DNA of 64,000 nt from an uncultured Candidatus Saccharibacteria bacterium (GCA_964532285.1 CAZHHB010000002.1:36684-100683); one strand, 5' to 3'. Counted from the first letter of the stretch, positions 9,364 to 19,956 are shown. The notes: generated from the sequence alone by a model not told the origin. Numbers and translations: made by a program.

Positions 9364-10818
9364 TTACTTGGGTCTCATCAATGGGAATAACTGTGTCTCG
9401 CGCAGAGGTTTGTTGGCCATAATAGCGAAGAATCTTTCACCGAAACCAAAACCGCAGGTAGGTGGCATGCCATGCTCTAGCATCTCCACGAATTCATGAT
9501 CATGCATCATAGCCTCGGTATCCCCTTTTTCTAGAAGTTTCTGTTGTTCCTTGAATCTATTTTCTTGGTCAATAGGATCATTCAATTCTGAATAACCACG
9601 ACCTATCTCACTACCAGCGATAATTGGCTGGAACATCTGGACGGTTCCAGGATTATTCTTCATACTCTTTGCGAGCGGTGCGATCAAGATCGGGTGGTTG
9701 ATTAGGAATGCCGGACCGGCGATATTCTTGCGACAATACTTCCAGAGCGTATCCACGAGTCTTTCGCGATTTGTACCCTCGTAGGAGATTTTCAAATCCT
9801 CCAATTTCTTCTTTATTTCAGAGTCCTTGGCTTTGTTGATATCCAATCCTGTCTGTTTTATTATCTCTTCGGCATAATCAATCTTCTTCCATTCATCATT
9901 TAGATCAAATTCATAATCTTTGTACTTGAATTTGGTCGTACCAAAGACTTCCTTTGCTAATTTACGATAAAGTTCTATGACAAGTTTCATACCGTCCTTA
10001 TAATCAGCATACGACCAGTAAAATTCCATATTGGTAAACTCTTGTAGATGTTCTGGACTAGAGCCCTCATTGCGAAAAGTTCTGCCTATTTCGAAAGTCT
10101 TCGGAAATCCCGCCGCCATGAGTCTCTTTTGCCACAATTCCCCTACGGAGATACGCAGGAAAACATCCAAGTCATAATCATTGTGATGTGTTTTGAATGG
10201 AGTGACTTCGGCACCACCGGTCGTAATCTCCAATGAAGGTGTCTCTACCTCTAGGAAACCCTGCTCTTCTAGAAAGGAGCGCGTAGTCTTCCAAAAGAGC
10301 GCTTTCTTTTTGAATAGATCTCGTGTTTCTGGATCCATGATGAAATCCAGGTAACGCTTGCGGAGTTTCTCATCAGGATCAGTGAGCCCATGCCATTTCT
10401 CAGGTAAAGGTAATAGAGATTTTGAAGCCATTGTCCACGAAGTCACGAGGATACTCTGTTCCCCTCTCTGGGTTGTGAAAAACTTACCAGTCACACTCAA
10501 AATATCACCGATATCGACGGTGTCAGATAAAAGATTGAATAATTGTTCACTCAAAACATCCTTTTTTATCACTGCCTGGAAAGTTGATTTGCCATCATCG
10601 AGAACGAAGAATAATATAGCCCCTTGTCCACGGATAGCCATGACTCTGCCAGCTAGAGAGACTTCTCTTTGAGATTTCTCATATTCAACGAAGTTATTTT
10701 TCGCATCAGCCAAACAAGAATCACGAGGGACTTTGGCAGGATAAGGATCCATCCCAGCCTTTTTCAATAGGTCGAGTTTGTGCAAACGCGTGGCGCGAAG
10801 TTCTTCTAGTGAAGCCAT
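9364..10818 (-). CDS. lysS: Lysine--tRNA ligase (class II)
   Basis: 484 aa; N-terminal OB anticodon-binding domain plus class II core motifs (FRNEG..., GGxGxGxDR-like). Confidence 0.9.
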   Translation of the reverse strand: MASLEELRATRLHKLDLLKKAGMDPYPAKVPRDSCLADAKNNFVEYEKSQREVSLAGRVMAIRGQGAILFFVLDDGKSTFQAVIKKDVLSEQLFNLLSDTVDIGDILSVTGKFFTTQRGEQSILVTSWTMASKSLLPLPEKWHGLTDPDEKLRKRYLDFIMDPETRDLFKKKALFWKTTRSFLEEQGFLEVETPSLEITTGGAEVTPFKTHHNDYDLDVFLRISVGELWQKRLMAAGFPKTFEIGRTFRNEGSSPEHLQEFTNMEFYWSYADYKDGMKLVIELYRKLAKEVFGTTKFKYKDYEFDLNDEWKKIDYAEEIIKQTGLDINKAKDSEIKKKLEDLKISYEGTNRERLVDTLWKYCRKNIAGPAFLINHPILIAPLAKSMKNNPGTVQMFQPIIAGSEIGRGYSELNDPIDQENRFKEQQKLLEKGDTEAMMHDHEFVEMLEHGMPPTCGFGFGERFFAIMANKPLRETQLFPLMRPK

Positions 10819-10835
10819 TGGTTTTGTTTTATTAT

Positions 10836-11303
10836 CTATTTGATGGTTTCAACACTATATACCACTTCTCCCTTCGGGGTCTGAACTTTCACTGTATCAC
10901 CCTTCTTGTGACCCAAGAGAGCAGAACCTAGTGGTGACATATTGGAGATCTTGCCATGAGCCATGTCTGCTTCTTCTGAACCTACGATAGTGTATAAATA
11001 AGACTTATTATCGCCTTCTTTATTCAAGCGGAAAGTTGAACCGATAGTTATGACATTTTTACCACCCTCTCCGGTGATAACGGCATCTTTCAATAGATTC
11101 TCCAGGCGCATTATGCGATCTTCTATCTCTGCTTGTTCCTCACGAGCCTGATGATATTCGGCATTTTCTGATAAATCACCGAGTTTCTTGGCATATTCTA
11201 GATGTTCAGCGACTTCTTTGCGTCGTTCTACCTTCAAAAACTCCAATTCCTTTTGTAATTCAATAAATTTTTCGTTTGTGAGATATTGTACTTCAGTTGT
11301 CAT
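10836..11303 (-). CDS. greA: Transcription elongation factor GreA
   Basis: 155 aa; LTNEKFIELQKELEFLK coiled-coil N-domain, GDLSENAEY motif, and C-terminal FKBP-like domain. Confidence 0.9.
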   Translation of the reverse strand: MTTEVQYLTNEKFIELQKELEFLKVERRKEVAEHLEYAKKLGDLSENAEYHQAREEQAEIEDRIMRLENLLKDAVITGEGGKNVITIGSTFRLNKEGDNKSYLYTIVGSEEADMAHGKISNMSPLGSALLGHKKGDTVKVQTPKGEVVYSVETIK

Positions 11304-11394
11304 CTAAATAAATATTTAAGTTATTAAGTTATGCAGGTCTCTAATATAGCAAATAACTAGCGAAATTTCAACATTAACATACAATAAAAATATG

Positions 11395-13173
11395 CTACTT
11401 AAAATACTCCGGGGTATTGGCTTGCATCCAATCTAATTGTTGCCTCATGGCAGCGGCCGCACCGATGAGGTTATGAACCGACCCCCTCTCCAACATCACC
11501 ACAAAGGCGTACTTCGGGTTTTCATACGGCCAGAAACCAGTGATCCAAGAGTTAACTTTGTCTTTGGAAACACCCAACTCTGCTGTACCAGACTTCCCTG
11601 CAATATTCACATATGGGACATTCAAAGCCACGCTGGTGCCTTCTTTTGTACTCAAACGCATACCTTCATGAACGATCTTAAAATATTTTTCAGGAATATC
11701 TACAACCGATTCAATCTTCGGTTCCAATCCTTTAATTATAGTCGGCTCAAGAATAGTACCCTTATTCGCCATAGCAGCTACAGCACGGACAATCTGTATC
11801 AATGTCACCTGAAATCCGTATTGACCGATAGTGGTGTTGTAAGTATCACCCACATACCAGTCTTCATTGAATGTCTTCTTTTTCCACTCTGGTGTTGGTA
11901 TTGTCCCAGCTTTATTCAATAAGAATGATTCACCCTTACCCATAGTCGTAGTGCCGAAACCAAATAAGCGCAAGTATTTATCTATGTTCAAAATACCCAA
12001 TCCCTTTTGATCTTTGTACCCACCTCCTACAGTATAGAAATAAGCATCAGAAGACATGGCGATAGCATGACGCATATCCATAGCTCCGAGATTTTTCCAA
12101 TCTCTAAATATTGTGAACTTCGTAGAATCATATGGATTGGGTATAGAGATAGAACCTGTGGTGCGTATGATAGTCATAGGATCTATGATATTTTCATTCA
12201 AAACACCCAGAGCGACATAGGGCTTCACAATAGAACCAGGTGTGTACAGACCGTCAACTGCACGATTTAGAAAAGGCAATCCTTTGTTGGTCAAGAGTGC
12301 TCTGATGGCTGTATTATCCGTCTTATCTGACATGACCTTGGAGCTATATTCTGGATAACTGGTCAAAGCCAAAATCTCTCCGGAACGCACATCCATTATC
12401 ACTCCTGCTCCACCAGAAAATCCCACCCTCTTGGCAATATCATTGATATTTTCAAATAGAGCTGACTGTACTCTACTGTCTATAGACAAGATTATACTTT
12501 CGCCCTGGACAGGAGGTTTTATAATATTTTGAGAAACAATATTATTTAATGCATCTACTTCTACCAAACGCGAACCGGAGACTCCCTTGAGCCTATCATC
12601 AAAATATTTTTCCGAACCAGCCACACCTAGGAAATCTTCTTGGTAATAGAAACCATTATTGTCTTTTGAAGGATATTGAACATATCCGATGATATGAGAA
12701 AGACCTGTTGAAGTTGCGTATTTGCGTATAGAGACAGTATCTTCGGTGTTTATAATACTTTTCTCAGATGAATTCTCAATGACGATAGTCTCGCTATGTT
12801 TTGGCTCATTCCAAGCAAGAGGTTTGCCATTTCTGTCATATATAATACCTCTACCGGCAAATATTGGAACGGGACGAAGGAGGTTGTTTTGACTTCTGGT
12901 TCGATAGTTTTCTGTTTGGACTACCTGCAATTTGACTGCCTGAACCAACAAGATAGAAATCATAACAACGAACACCCCGCTTAATACATATAGGGTTAGA
13001 CGCGAGATTGATTTCTCCAATCGGCCTTCTAGTCGTGAAGTGTCGTAATTTGGAAGATTGCTGGAATCTATCAAAATTTCGTCAGGATCTATCTCCCGAC
13101 CTCTACGGACCTTGCGGGTCCATTTTATTTTATCGCTATATATATTTTTCCAAAATTTAATTATATTGTTCAT
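11395..13173 (-). CDS. mrdA: Penicillin-binding protein 2 (class B, elongasome transpeptidase)
   Basis: 592 aa; TM anchor, transpeptidase motifs SIVKP and KSGTAE. Lies immediately downstream of mreBCD. Confidence 0.8.
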   Translation of the reverse strand: MNNIIKFWKNIYSDKIKWTRKVRRGREIDPDEILIDSSNLPNYDTSRLEGRLEKSISRLTLYVLSGVFVVMISILLVQAVKLQVVQTENYRTRSQNNLLRPVPIFAGRGIIYDRNGKPLAWNEPKHSETIVIENSSEKSIINTEDTVSIRKYATSTGLSHIIGYVQYPSKDNNGFYYQEDFLGVAGSEKYFDDRLKGVSGSRLVEVDALNNIVSQNIIKPPVQGESIILSIDSRVQSALFENINDIAKRVGFSGGAGVIMDVRSGEILALTSYPEYSSKVMSDKTDNTAIRALLTNKGLPFLNRAVDGLYTPGSIVKPYVALGVLNENIIDPMTIIRTTGSISIPNPYDSTKFTIFRDWKNLGAMDMRHAIAMSSDAYFYTVGGGYKDQKGLGILNIDKYLRLFGFGTTTMGKGESFLLNKAGTIPTPEWKKKTFNEDWYVGDTYNTTIGQYGFQVTLIQIVRAVAAMANKGTILEPTIIKGLEPKIESVVDIPEKYFKIVHEGMRLSTKEGTSVALNVPYVNIAGKSGTAELGVSKDKVNSWITGFWPYENPKYAFVVMLERGSVHNLIGAAAAMRQQLDWMQANTPEYFK

Positions 13174-13191
13174 ATGAATAAATCACTCGCG

Positions 13192-13458
13192 TTATCTCCT
13201 CAAAATGTGCTTAAATCCGAACAAAGCTATAAATAGAATAATGGTACAAATCATCCCCAAATACCCTCTTATATCAGTTGAATATATTGGAGAAAAAAGC
13301 AAATCATACACTAGACCAATCAGGATGATCTCAATAAAAGAAGGAAATATCCATAAGCCCGCGATTCCAATAGGAATAATTATAATCCACAGGCCGTGTA
13401 TTACAGAGATGACTAAAATTATATCTATGATGATTCGTAAAAAAAGTCTTTTATCCAT
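13192..13458 (-). CDS. mreD: Rod shape-determining protein MreD-like (small polytopic membrane protein)
   Basis: 88 aa, highly hydrophobic, between mreC and mrdA; the assignment is mainly by position. Confidence 0.5.
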   Translation of the reverse strand: MDKRLFLRIIIDIILVISVIHGLWIIIIPIGIAGLWIFPSFIEIILIGLVYDLLFSPIYSTDIRGYLGMICTIILFIALFGFKHILRR

Positions 13459-13469
13459 TTTGAATTTCT

Positions 13470-14261
13470 CTAATTCTTATTGCTTGTATCGATGAGCACC
13501 CATCTCAATTGATAAATATTCACAGTAGGAGCAAATAATATTGTCTCAAATGGTTCCGTAGGATCGGAAGCCACCGATACAATAGATCCAAAAGGTTTAT
13601 CATCTACAGAAGGTGCTATGACAAAATCTCCTTCCTGAACTTTAACATCTCTAGGCAAATCCGCTCTATATTGCCCACCTCCACGCCCTATAGCTGTCGC
13701 GGAAATATTATCGGGACCTATGAGGACCTCATACTTTTCACCCGGCGATGAGAGAAGTCTGACCTTGGAAGTTTGACGAGCCACATCTACAATACGACCT
13801 ATCAAAACCTTGCCTGGAGCATAAACTTTATCACCCGCGGAAAAACCTAGAGTTGTTCCGCCATCAATAATCATGTCATCATAATCAATAACGGGCGGGC
13901 GCACGAGAACCGGAGCCAAAATCAGTTTGGTTGTTGTGGACTGTCCCATGAGAGCCTTGAGTTCTATATTCTCTTTTTCAATAGCTGTAATCGTGGAAAG
14001 TCTGATGACATCTTCATCTAAATTTCTCTTTAATTCCTCATTTTCGCGCAAAAGTTGATTATATGATTTCAATGAACCGCTCATTATAGAAAATTCTGCC
14101 TGCCAGAAAGGTCTGGCAATACTATTCGCAAGATTTGGTAATGTATGAGGTGATAACCATTCAAATAATACAAAGACGATCACCAAAATAGAACAGATCG
14201 CAATAACGATTTTTGAATAGAGACTCCCGAAACGGGGCTTATGTCTTTGAAGGTAAATCAT
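13470..14261 (-). CDS. mreC: Rod shape-determining protein MreC
   Basis: 263 aa; N-terminal TM, coiled coil (LLRENEELKRNLDE) and C-terminal beta domain. Lies downstream of mreB. Confidence 0.75.
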   Translation of the reverse strand: MIYLQRHKPRFGSLYSKIVIAICSILVIVFVLFEWLSPHTLPNLANSIARPFWQAEFSIMSGSLKSYNQLLRENEELKRNLDEDVIRLSTITAIEKENIELKALMGQSTTTKLILAPVLVRPPVIDYDDMIIDGGTTLGFSAGDKVYAPGKVLIGRIVDVARQTSKVRLLSSPGEKYEVLIGPDNISATAIGRGGGQYRADLPRDVKVQEGDFVIAPSVDDKPFGSIVSVASDPTEPFETILFAPTVNIYQLRWVLIDTSNKN

Positions 14262-15300
14262 CTTCGCTTGAGAGAAGGACGGACTTGTAAGTGTCCAAAT
14301 CTTCTAAAACAATACCAGCCCCTCTAGCTATAGCAGTCAAGGGATCATCGGCAATTGTAACCGGCAATTGTAATGTCTGACGAAGCAATTCGTCCAAACC
14401 CTTAAGTAAGGCTCCACCACCGACCAGATGAACCCCACGCCTCATGATATCAGCCAAGATTTCAGGTGGAGTAGTCTCCAAAACCTCCTTGGCGGAAGTG
14501 ACTATTATCTCTATAGACTGACCCATGGCTTCACGGATATCTGAATCTGTAATAATAACCTCTCTAGGTAATCCGGTGATAAGGTCGCGACCGCGGATAG
14601 TGGTCTCCAATGGTTCTCCCGGAATAACCATACCGACAGCAATCTTGACTTGTTCTGCGGTCATCTCGCCAATCAATATTTTGAATTCATTCCTTATATA
14701 GGAAATAATATCGCTATTAAGTTTGTCTCCGGCAACCTTGAGGCTCTTGGATTGGACGATACCACCGAGAGAAATAACTGCAATATCAGTAGTTCCACCA
14801 CCTATGTCTATGATCATGCTACCGACTGGATCATGAATAGGTAGACGAATACCTATGGCTCCAGCCATGGGCTGTTCTATGATGTAGACTTCCCGAGCTC
14901 CGGCGTTGCTGGTTGCATCACGGACAGCACGAACTTCTACATTGGTCACGCCGGAAGGTACACCGACGACAACTCTAGGTCCGAGCAACTTTTTGGGCAT
15001 GAACTCACCGGCTCTTTTCAAGAGATATGAAAGTAGTTCTTCGGTTATTTCAAAATCTGATATAACACCATCGACGAGCGGACGCACGGCTGTGATATGT
15101 CCTGGTGTACGACCGAGCATCTCCTTGGCGGCGGTACCTACAGCGACTACCTGACCAGTCTTCTCATTGACAGCGACGACGGATGGTTCGGTGACGACGA
15201 TACCCTTGCCACGAACATAAACTAGGGTATTGGCAGTACCGAGGTCTATGCCGACATCATTGGAAAATCTAGCTAGAAATTTGTCTTTTTTATCTTTCAT
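14239..15300 (-). CDS. mreB: Rod shape-determining protein MreB (actin homolog)
   Basis: Motifs GIDLGTANTLVYV, DIGGGTTD and LVGGGALL. Start chosen at MKDKKDKFLARF; a longer ORF extends to 15354. Confidence 0.9.
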   Translation of the reverse strand: MKDKKDKFLARFSNDVGIDLGTANTLVYVRGKGIVVTEPSVVAVNEKTGQVVAVGTAAKEMLGRTPGHITAVRPLVDGVISDFEITEELLSYLLKRAGEFMPKKLLGPRVVVGVPSGVTNVEVRAVRDATSNAGAREVYIIEQPMAGAIGIRLPIHDPVGSMIIDIGGGTTDIAVISLGGIVQSKSLKVAGDKLNSDIISYIRNEFKILIGEMTAEQVKIAVGMVIPGEPLETTIRGRDLITGLPREVIITDSDIREAMGQSIEIIVTSAKEVLETTPPEILADIMRRGVHLVGGGALLKGLDELLRQTLQLPVTIADDPLTAIARGAGIVLEDLDTYKSVLLSSEDDLPSKT

Positions 15301-15362
15301 CAGTAAGGGAACATTAGCATATAGGAGAGTAATGATACAAGATTCAATACCCATAATGAATC

Positions 15363-15505
15363 TGCCCTCTCGCCAGCCTGCGGAACTCGCTCGTTAAATT
15401 GCTAGGTAAAATGCTCAGGAATTATAAATAATTCCAACAACATTCGCATTTTACCAAGCAATTTATACTCACTCAGACAGTCCTCGGCTGTCTCGAAGAC
15501 AGATT
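15363..15505. repeat. Copy A of ~150-bp palindromic intergenic element (family L), extended by locus-specific IR cataatgaatctg / cagattcattatg
   Basis: Shares the core ...gaaattgctaggtaaaa.gctcaggaatt...aattccaac.acattcgc.ttttaccaagcaattt... with copies at 38941, 42325, 54150, 57577 and 63160. Confidence 0.8.
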
Positions 15506-15547
15506 CATTATGGGTACAAATAATAAGACATAAATCCGACCTATGTT

Positions 15548-17818
15548 TTATTTCGCAACCACCACTGCCTCTTCAAAAGCGATAGAGAGCAGACGAGACG
15601 AACCATCGTTGCCCATAGTCACACCATAGAGAACTCCAGCACGCGACATAGTTTCGCGATTGTGAGTAATCAAGATGAGTTGAGAATGTTTGGAGAGGTT
15701 CTCTATCATATCACCATACTTCTTGGAGTTAGCTTCATCCAGGGCCGCATCAGTCTCGTCCAAGATGATAAATGGCGGTGGATTGACTTGAGAGATGGCA
15801 AATAGGAGAGCAATAGATGTCAGGGCGCGCTCACCACCAGAGAGCATCATCAAACCTTTGACTTTCTTCCCTGGTAAACTAACATTTACTTCAATACCTT
15901 CTGGACCAGTTTCTTCATTTCCTTCGCCGATTGTCTCTGGCATGCCCGTATCTTCATTGAGCAGACTATCCAACTCTTCTTTATCACTATGTTTACGCCT
16001 GACAGGCTCTTTGACCAACGATAGTTGTGCCTTGCCTCCGCCGAACATCAGAGTAAAGAAGTTATGAAATTGCTCGTTAATCTTCAAAATGCCGTTTTTG
16101 AATTCGAAATCAATACGCATGTCCAGATCATTGACTAGGGTGTGTAGTTCCGTCTTGGCTTTTTCCAGATCCGCCAATTCTCTCACCAAGAAAGCATCTC
16201 TCTCTTCGGTTTCTTTGAACTCCTTCATCACCTCTGCCCCGCCTGCCGCACCGGAATCCTCAATTCTAATTTTATTTCTCTCAATCTTCTTGCGTCTTTC
16301 TTCTTGGAGAGAACGTAAATTAGAAATATCATCTTTAGACACTTGACCATCAGCATGATGGTAATCCACCGCTTCCCTACCAGCAATAATTGCCGCCTCA
16401 CCCAATTCACGCTTCAGATTTTCTTCTTCATGCAAGATGACGTTTGATTGCGCCGTCAAAACGGATATAACATTGCGAACTTCATTTTGTCTGGCAATAA
16501 TCCTAAAGACATCTTTCTCCGCTTCCCTATTCGTATCCTTTTCCTTTTCAATAGCATTTTTCAAATCATTGTATTCCCCAATCAGTTTTGATTCTGATCC
16601 TTCCAGATGTTTTATCCTCTCCTCCAAATCAGTGCGACCCTGAGACAATCTCTGTATCTCTTTTTCCAAATCAGCAATAACTACCGAATCATTCTTGGAA
16701 CGATGGCTGGCTATGAAATTCTTCAGAGTCGAGACCACTTCACTGAACAATTTCCTAGCATCTTCAATAGAATGGAAAGACTCTATGGTCTTCACGATAT
16801 CTTCTACATCCTTCACATAAACAGTTCTAGTCTCTTCATCCCGCAAACGATCCTCCTCTTTCTCAACAGCTCTCTTGCCAGCGTTGATTTCCCCTTCCAA
16901 TCTTCCAAGCTCTCGCATAACTACATCTTTCTCGCTCCGAGCATTTGCAATCTTTCCTTCTAAATCTATAATCCCATCACTCTTTTTATCTTTATTCTTG
17001 GAATCAGTCAGGATCTTCTTTGCTCTCTCCAGTTCAGCGTCCAGAGATGACATTTCTTTTCTAGGTCCAGATATCTCATTTGTGATCCTCTCCTTTTCAC
17101 TTTTTATGTAATGATCCTCGACCGCAAAATATTCCTTGTAAAGGATTATGAGCTCTTTACGTAATTCTTCTGTCTTCTCAAACTTCTCAACTTGCTTCTT
17201 CAAAAACTTGATATGTGGAGCGATCTCTCGACGCAGTGATTCAACCTGCTTCATATTCTCTTCTGTCTTTTCAAGCCTGCGCAAACTCTCCAACTTCTTC
17301 CACTGGTATTGTTTGAGTCCGAGTGCGTCCTCTACCATCTCTCTGCGTTCACGGATAGAAGCCGAGAGTATCCTATCAGCTTCACCTTGAGAGATTATAT
17401 GGTGTCCAGTGGATCCAATATGTGCACCTGAAAGCATCTCTACAATATCGCGAAGTCGGACTTGACTACCATTCAATAAATATTCATTGGAATTGTCTCT
17501 GTGAACAACGCGCTCCAAAGTCACTTCATCAAAATCAATATTGGGGAAGAGTTTCTTCCTATTATCAAAAGTAAGCTTCACACTTGCCCTATTGGCACGA
17601 CTATTGGTCTCGGCTCCATTCCAGATCATGTCTTCACCACGCTTACCGCGTAGTGATTTGATAGATTGCTCACCGAGAACGAAACGAAAGGCTTCAGCAG
17701 TATTGGATTTGCCGGAACCATTGGGTCCGACGATACCTGTTATAGAAGAAGTGAATTCCAAAGTCGCCTTTTTCGCAAAGGATTTGAAGCCGGAAAGTTC
17801 CAGAGATTTCAGATACAT
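15548..17818 (-). CDS. smc: SMC-family chromosome segregation ATPase (short form, 756 aa)
   Basis: N-terminal Walker A GPNGSGKSN, long coiled-coil middle, C-terminal signature LSGGERALTSIALLFA and Walker B ILDETDAALD. The hinge is not obvious at this length. Confidence 0.6.
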   Translation of the reverse strand: MYLKSLELSGFKSFAKKATLEFTSSITGIVGPNGSGKSNTAEAFRFVLGEQSIKSLRGKRGEDMIWNGAETNSRANRASVKLTFDNRKKLFPNIDFDEVTLERVVHRDNSNEYLLNGSQVRLRDIVEMLSGAHIGSTGHHIISQGEADRILSASIRERREMVEDALGLKQYQWKKLESLRRLEKTEENMKQVESLRREIAPHIKFLKKQVEKFEKTEELRKELIILYKEYFAVEDHYIKSEKERITNEISGPRKEMSSLDAELERAKKILTDSKNKDKKSDGIIDLEGKIANARSEKDVVMRELGRLEGEINAGKRAVEKEEDRLRDEETRTVYVKDVEDIVKTIESFHSIEDARKLFSEVVSTLKNFIASHRSKNDSVVIADLEKEIQRLSQGRTDLEERIKHLEGSESKLIGEYNDLKNAIEKEKDTNREAEKDVFRIIARQNEVRNVISVLTAQSNVILHEEENLKRELGEAAIIAGREAVDYHHADGQVSKDDISNLRSLQEERRKKIERNKIRIEDSGAAGGAEVMKEFKETEERDAFLVRELADLEKAKTELHTLVNDLDMRIDFEFKNGILKINEQFHNFFTLMFGGGKAQLSLVKEPVRRKHSDKEELDSLLNEDTGMPETIGEGNEETGPEGIEVNVSLPGKKVKGLMMLSGGERALTSIALLFAISQVNPPPFIILDETDAALDEANSKKYGDMIENLSKHSQLILITHNRETMSRAGVLYGVTMGNDGSSRLLSIAFEEAVVVAK

Positions 17819-17825
17819 AATTATA

Positions 17826-17880
17826 TTATACCCCGAGGTCCGACCTAGCGGTATCTAGGTCGGACCTAGCGGTATCTACC
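17826..17880. repeat. Divergent variant of palindromic repeat family P (ccgaggtccgacctagcggtat x2)
   Basis: Two tandem units gaggtccgacctagcggtatc / taggtcggacctagcggtatc. The palindrome is preserved with substitutions relative to ccaagatccgatcttggtata. Confidence 0.55.
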
Positions 17881-18583
17881 ACTTTTTTATCTCCAAAGCC
17901 TTCTCTGCCGCCATTTGTTCAGCCTCTTGCTTGGAAGCGCCAGCACCCGTGGCGATTTGCACATCACCGAGGAATACTCCGAGAGTGAATTGTTTGTTGT
18001 GATCAGGACCAGTCTCCTTCAATGTTTTGTATGACGGAGTGAGGCCGGCTTTCTCCTGGGCCCTCTCTTGGAAACGACTCTTGGCATCGAGCCAAGATTT
18101 CTTGGCTACAATGTCATCTATGTCTATGACATTCAAAATATGATCTGAGATGAAATTGGCCGAAGCATTATAACCCTGATCCATATAGATAGCGCCGATC
18201 AAGGCTTCAACAGCGTTAGCGAGGATGATAGAACGCGCACGACCAGTGTCTTTAGCCTCGCCTTTGGACATCAGGAGATAACTGTTCAAATCTAGATGTT
18301 CAGCCACCTTGGTCAGACTCACGGTATTCACTATAGCCGAACGAAAGGCTGTCAGCTCCCCTTCTGCTTTCTGTGGATATTTTCTAAATAGAAAACTAGT
18401 CACTACTAACTCCAAAACAGCATCTCCCAAAAACTCCAGACGCTCATTGTGTTCTATGTCTTCACCGCGATTTTCATTCAAAAAAGAACGGTGCGTGCAG
18501 GCATTACGAAGAAGTGCAGGATCATTGAACTGCACATTTATCTTTTTCTGAAAAGTTTCTAGGTTAGTCATATTATCCTTCAC
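17876..18583 (-). CDS. rnc: Ribonuclease III
   Basis: 235 aa; RNase III signature ERLEFLGDAVLELVV plus a C-terminal dsRBD. Confidence 0.9.
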   Translation of the reverse strand: MKDNMTNLETFQKKINVQFNDPALLRNACTHRSFLNENRGEDIEHNERLEFLGDAVLELVVTSFLFRKYPQKAEGELTAFRSAIVNTVSLTKVAEHLDLNSYLLMSKGEAKDTGRARSIILANAVEALIGAIYMDQGYNASANFISDHILNVIDIDDIVAKKSWLDAKSRFQERAQEKAGLTPSYKTLKETGPDHNKQFTLGVFLGDVQIATGAGASKQEAEQMAAEKALEIKKW

Positions 18584-19472
18584 TGAGCATCGTCACGGCC
18601 TTGGTTACAATCGGCAAAATATCATTATAAAAATTCAATTCCAATATATCAACTAGCTTGAACCATTTTGCATCATCCAATCCAGGCTTTTTCGCCAGAT
18701 GCAGATCCCCAAAAGATGATTCGGCCAAATAATAATGTACTTGCTTTCTGATCTTGCCGAGTTCCGGATCATTGGCTATATATTCATTTGTACCGAGGTC
18801 GGCCTTGATAGTTACATCCAACCCTATTTCCTCTTTAACCTTACTCACTGTACCAGTAGTAGGTTCAACACCTTCAGCGATCTTGCCTTTGGATAATGTC
18901 CAATGTCCGAAAATATCGTGGACAAAAGCCATATACATCTCTTCGCCATTTTTAGCATATACGATTGCCCCACCTAGATGTTGGACTGGCATCTGTTCAT
19001 AAGGGACTTCTGCGATCTTTTTCTTTTTGGCTGGAGCGGCGTCTTTGCCTGGTTCACCGAGTTCTTTATAAACTGCCCCTAATACACCGTTGACGAACCT
19101 TCCCGAAGTCTCTCCACCAAAAGTTTTGGCGAGTTCTATAGCTTCGTTGATGGCGACTTTGGCAGGCACTTCATCGCGATCAGAAAACAGGAGTTCATAT
19201 AGACCGAGCCTGAGGACATTTCTGTCGACCGGAGAGATCTTGTCTATCGGCCAATCAGGTGCGGCTTTCTCAATAATTTTATTTAGATCATCTTGTTTGG
19301 CCAGAATACCCTTCATCAAGTCTGCCATAAAGGATACATCAGACATGCCCGGTGCGAATTCTTTTGCATTCCTAGCAACAATAGCGCCAATATCTTTGTC
19401 ATGATGACCACGAGCGTCCCATTCAAATAGGGATTGTAAGACGACTGAGCGTGATAGGTGTCTATTTGCCAT
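18573..19472 (-). CDS. nusB: NusB antitermination factor fused to a C-terminal Nudix-like hydrolase domain
   Basis: 299 aa. The N-terminal ~150 aa are NusB-like (LFEWDARG..., RLGLYELLF). A K/A-rich linker is followed by a Nudix-box-like segment GKIAEGVEPTTGTVSKVKEEIGL. Confidence 0.7.
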   Translation of the reverse strand: MANRHLSRSVVLQSLFEWDARGHHDKDIGAIVARNAKEFAPGMSDVSFMADLMKGILAKQDDLNKIIEKAAPDWPIDKISPVDRNVLRLGLYELLFSDRDEVPAKVAINEAIELAKTFGGETSGRFVNGVLGAVYKELGEPGKDAAPAKKKKIAEVPYEQMPVQHLGGAIVYAKNGEEMYMAFVHDIFGHWTLSKGKIAEGVEPTTGTVSKVKEEIGLDVTIKADLGTNEYIANDPELGKIRKQVHYYLAESSFGDLHLAKKPGLDDAKWFKLVDILELNFYNDILPIVTKAVTMLSEG

Positions 19473-19657
19473 ATTTATTTAATGAAAGAACATTTGAATT
19501 AGAACGGGAAGATATAAGAGGTGATTAAGTTATAAAGTTTTAAAGTTTAAAGTTGTAAAGTATCCTTATAGAAAACCTTACAGACTTCGAATTTTACAAT
19601 CCCTATACTTACCTCCTATCTCTTGACTCTTTCTCAAAAAAACTGGCAAATCGCGAA

Positions 19658-19876
19658 CTACCTCGTTTGTGCCTTGGCCTTTGTAGCTTTGCGGGCTACT
19701 TTGGCTGCCAAATCAAGAACTTTGCGTCCGTTGTATGAGCCGCAATTGATACAAATGCGATGACTCTGGTGTAGAGCACTGCAATTGGAACATTTGGAAA
19801 AACGCATCACATTCAAAGCGTGATGTGATCTCCTATTGTTGCGGTGTGACCGCGTGGCGCGCATTCGATTTACCAT
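19658..19876 (-). CDS. rpmF: 50S ribosomal protein L32
   Basis: 72 aa; MVNRMRATRSHRNNRRSHHAL... with a CxxC...CxxC zinc ribbon. Confidence 0.85.
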   Translation of the reverse strand: MVNRMRATRSHRNNRRSHHALNVMRFSKCSNCSALHQSHRICINCGSYNGRKVLDLAAKVARKATKAKAQTR

Positions 19877-19956
19877 GGGTAGAGTATTACATATTTAATA
19901 AAGTTGCGCAAGACCAACATCTCTGTTATTGTTTGTATAGAAAATTTAAAAATATT

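Noticed and set aside
9195-9422. 75-aa plus-strand ORF in the lysS-mraZ intergenic region
   Set aside because: It lies entirely within the GC-rich inverted-repeat-bounded structured element and overlaps the lysS 3' end. It is more plausibly non-coding.
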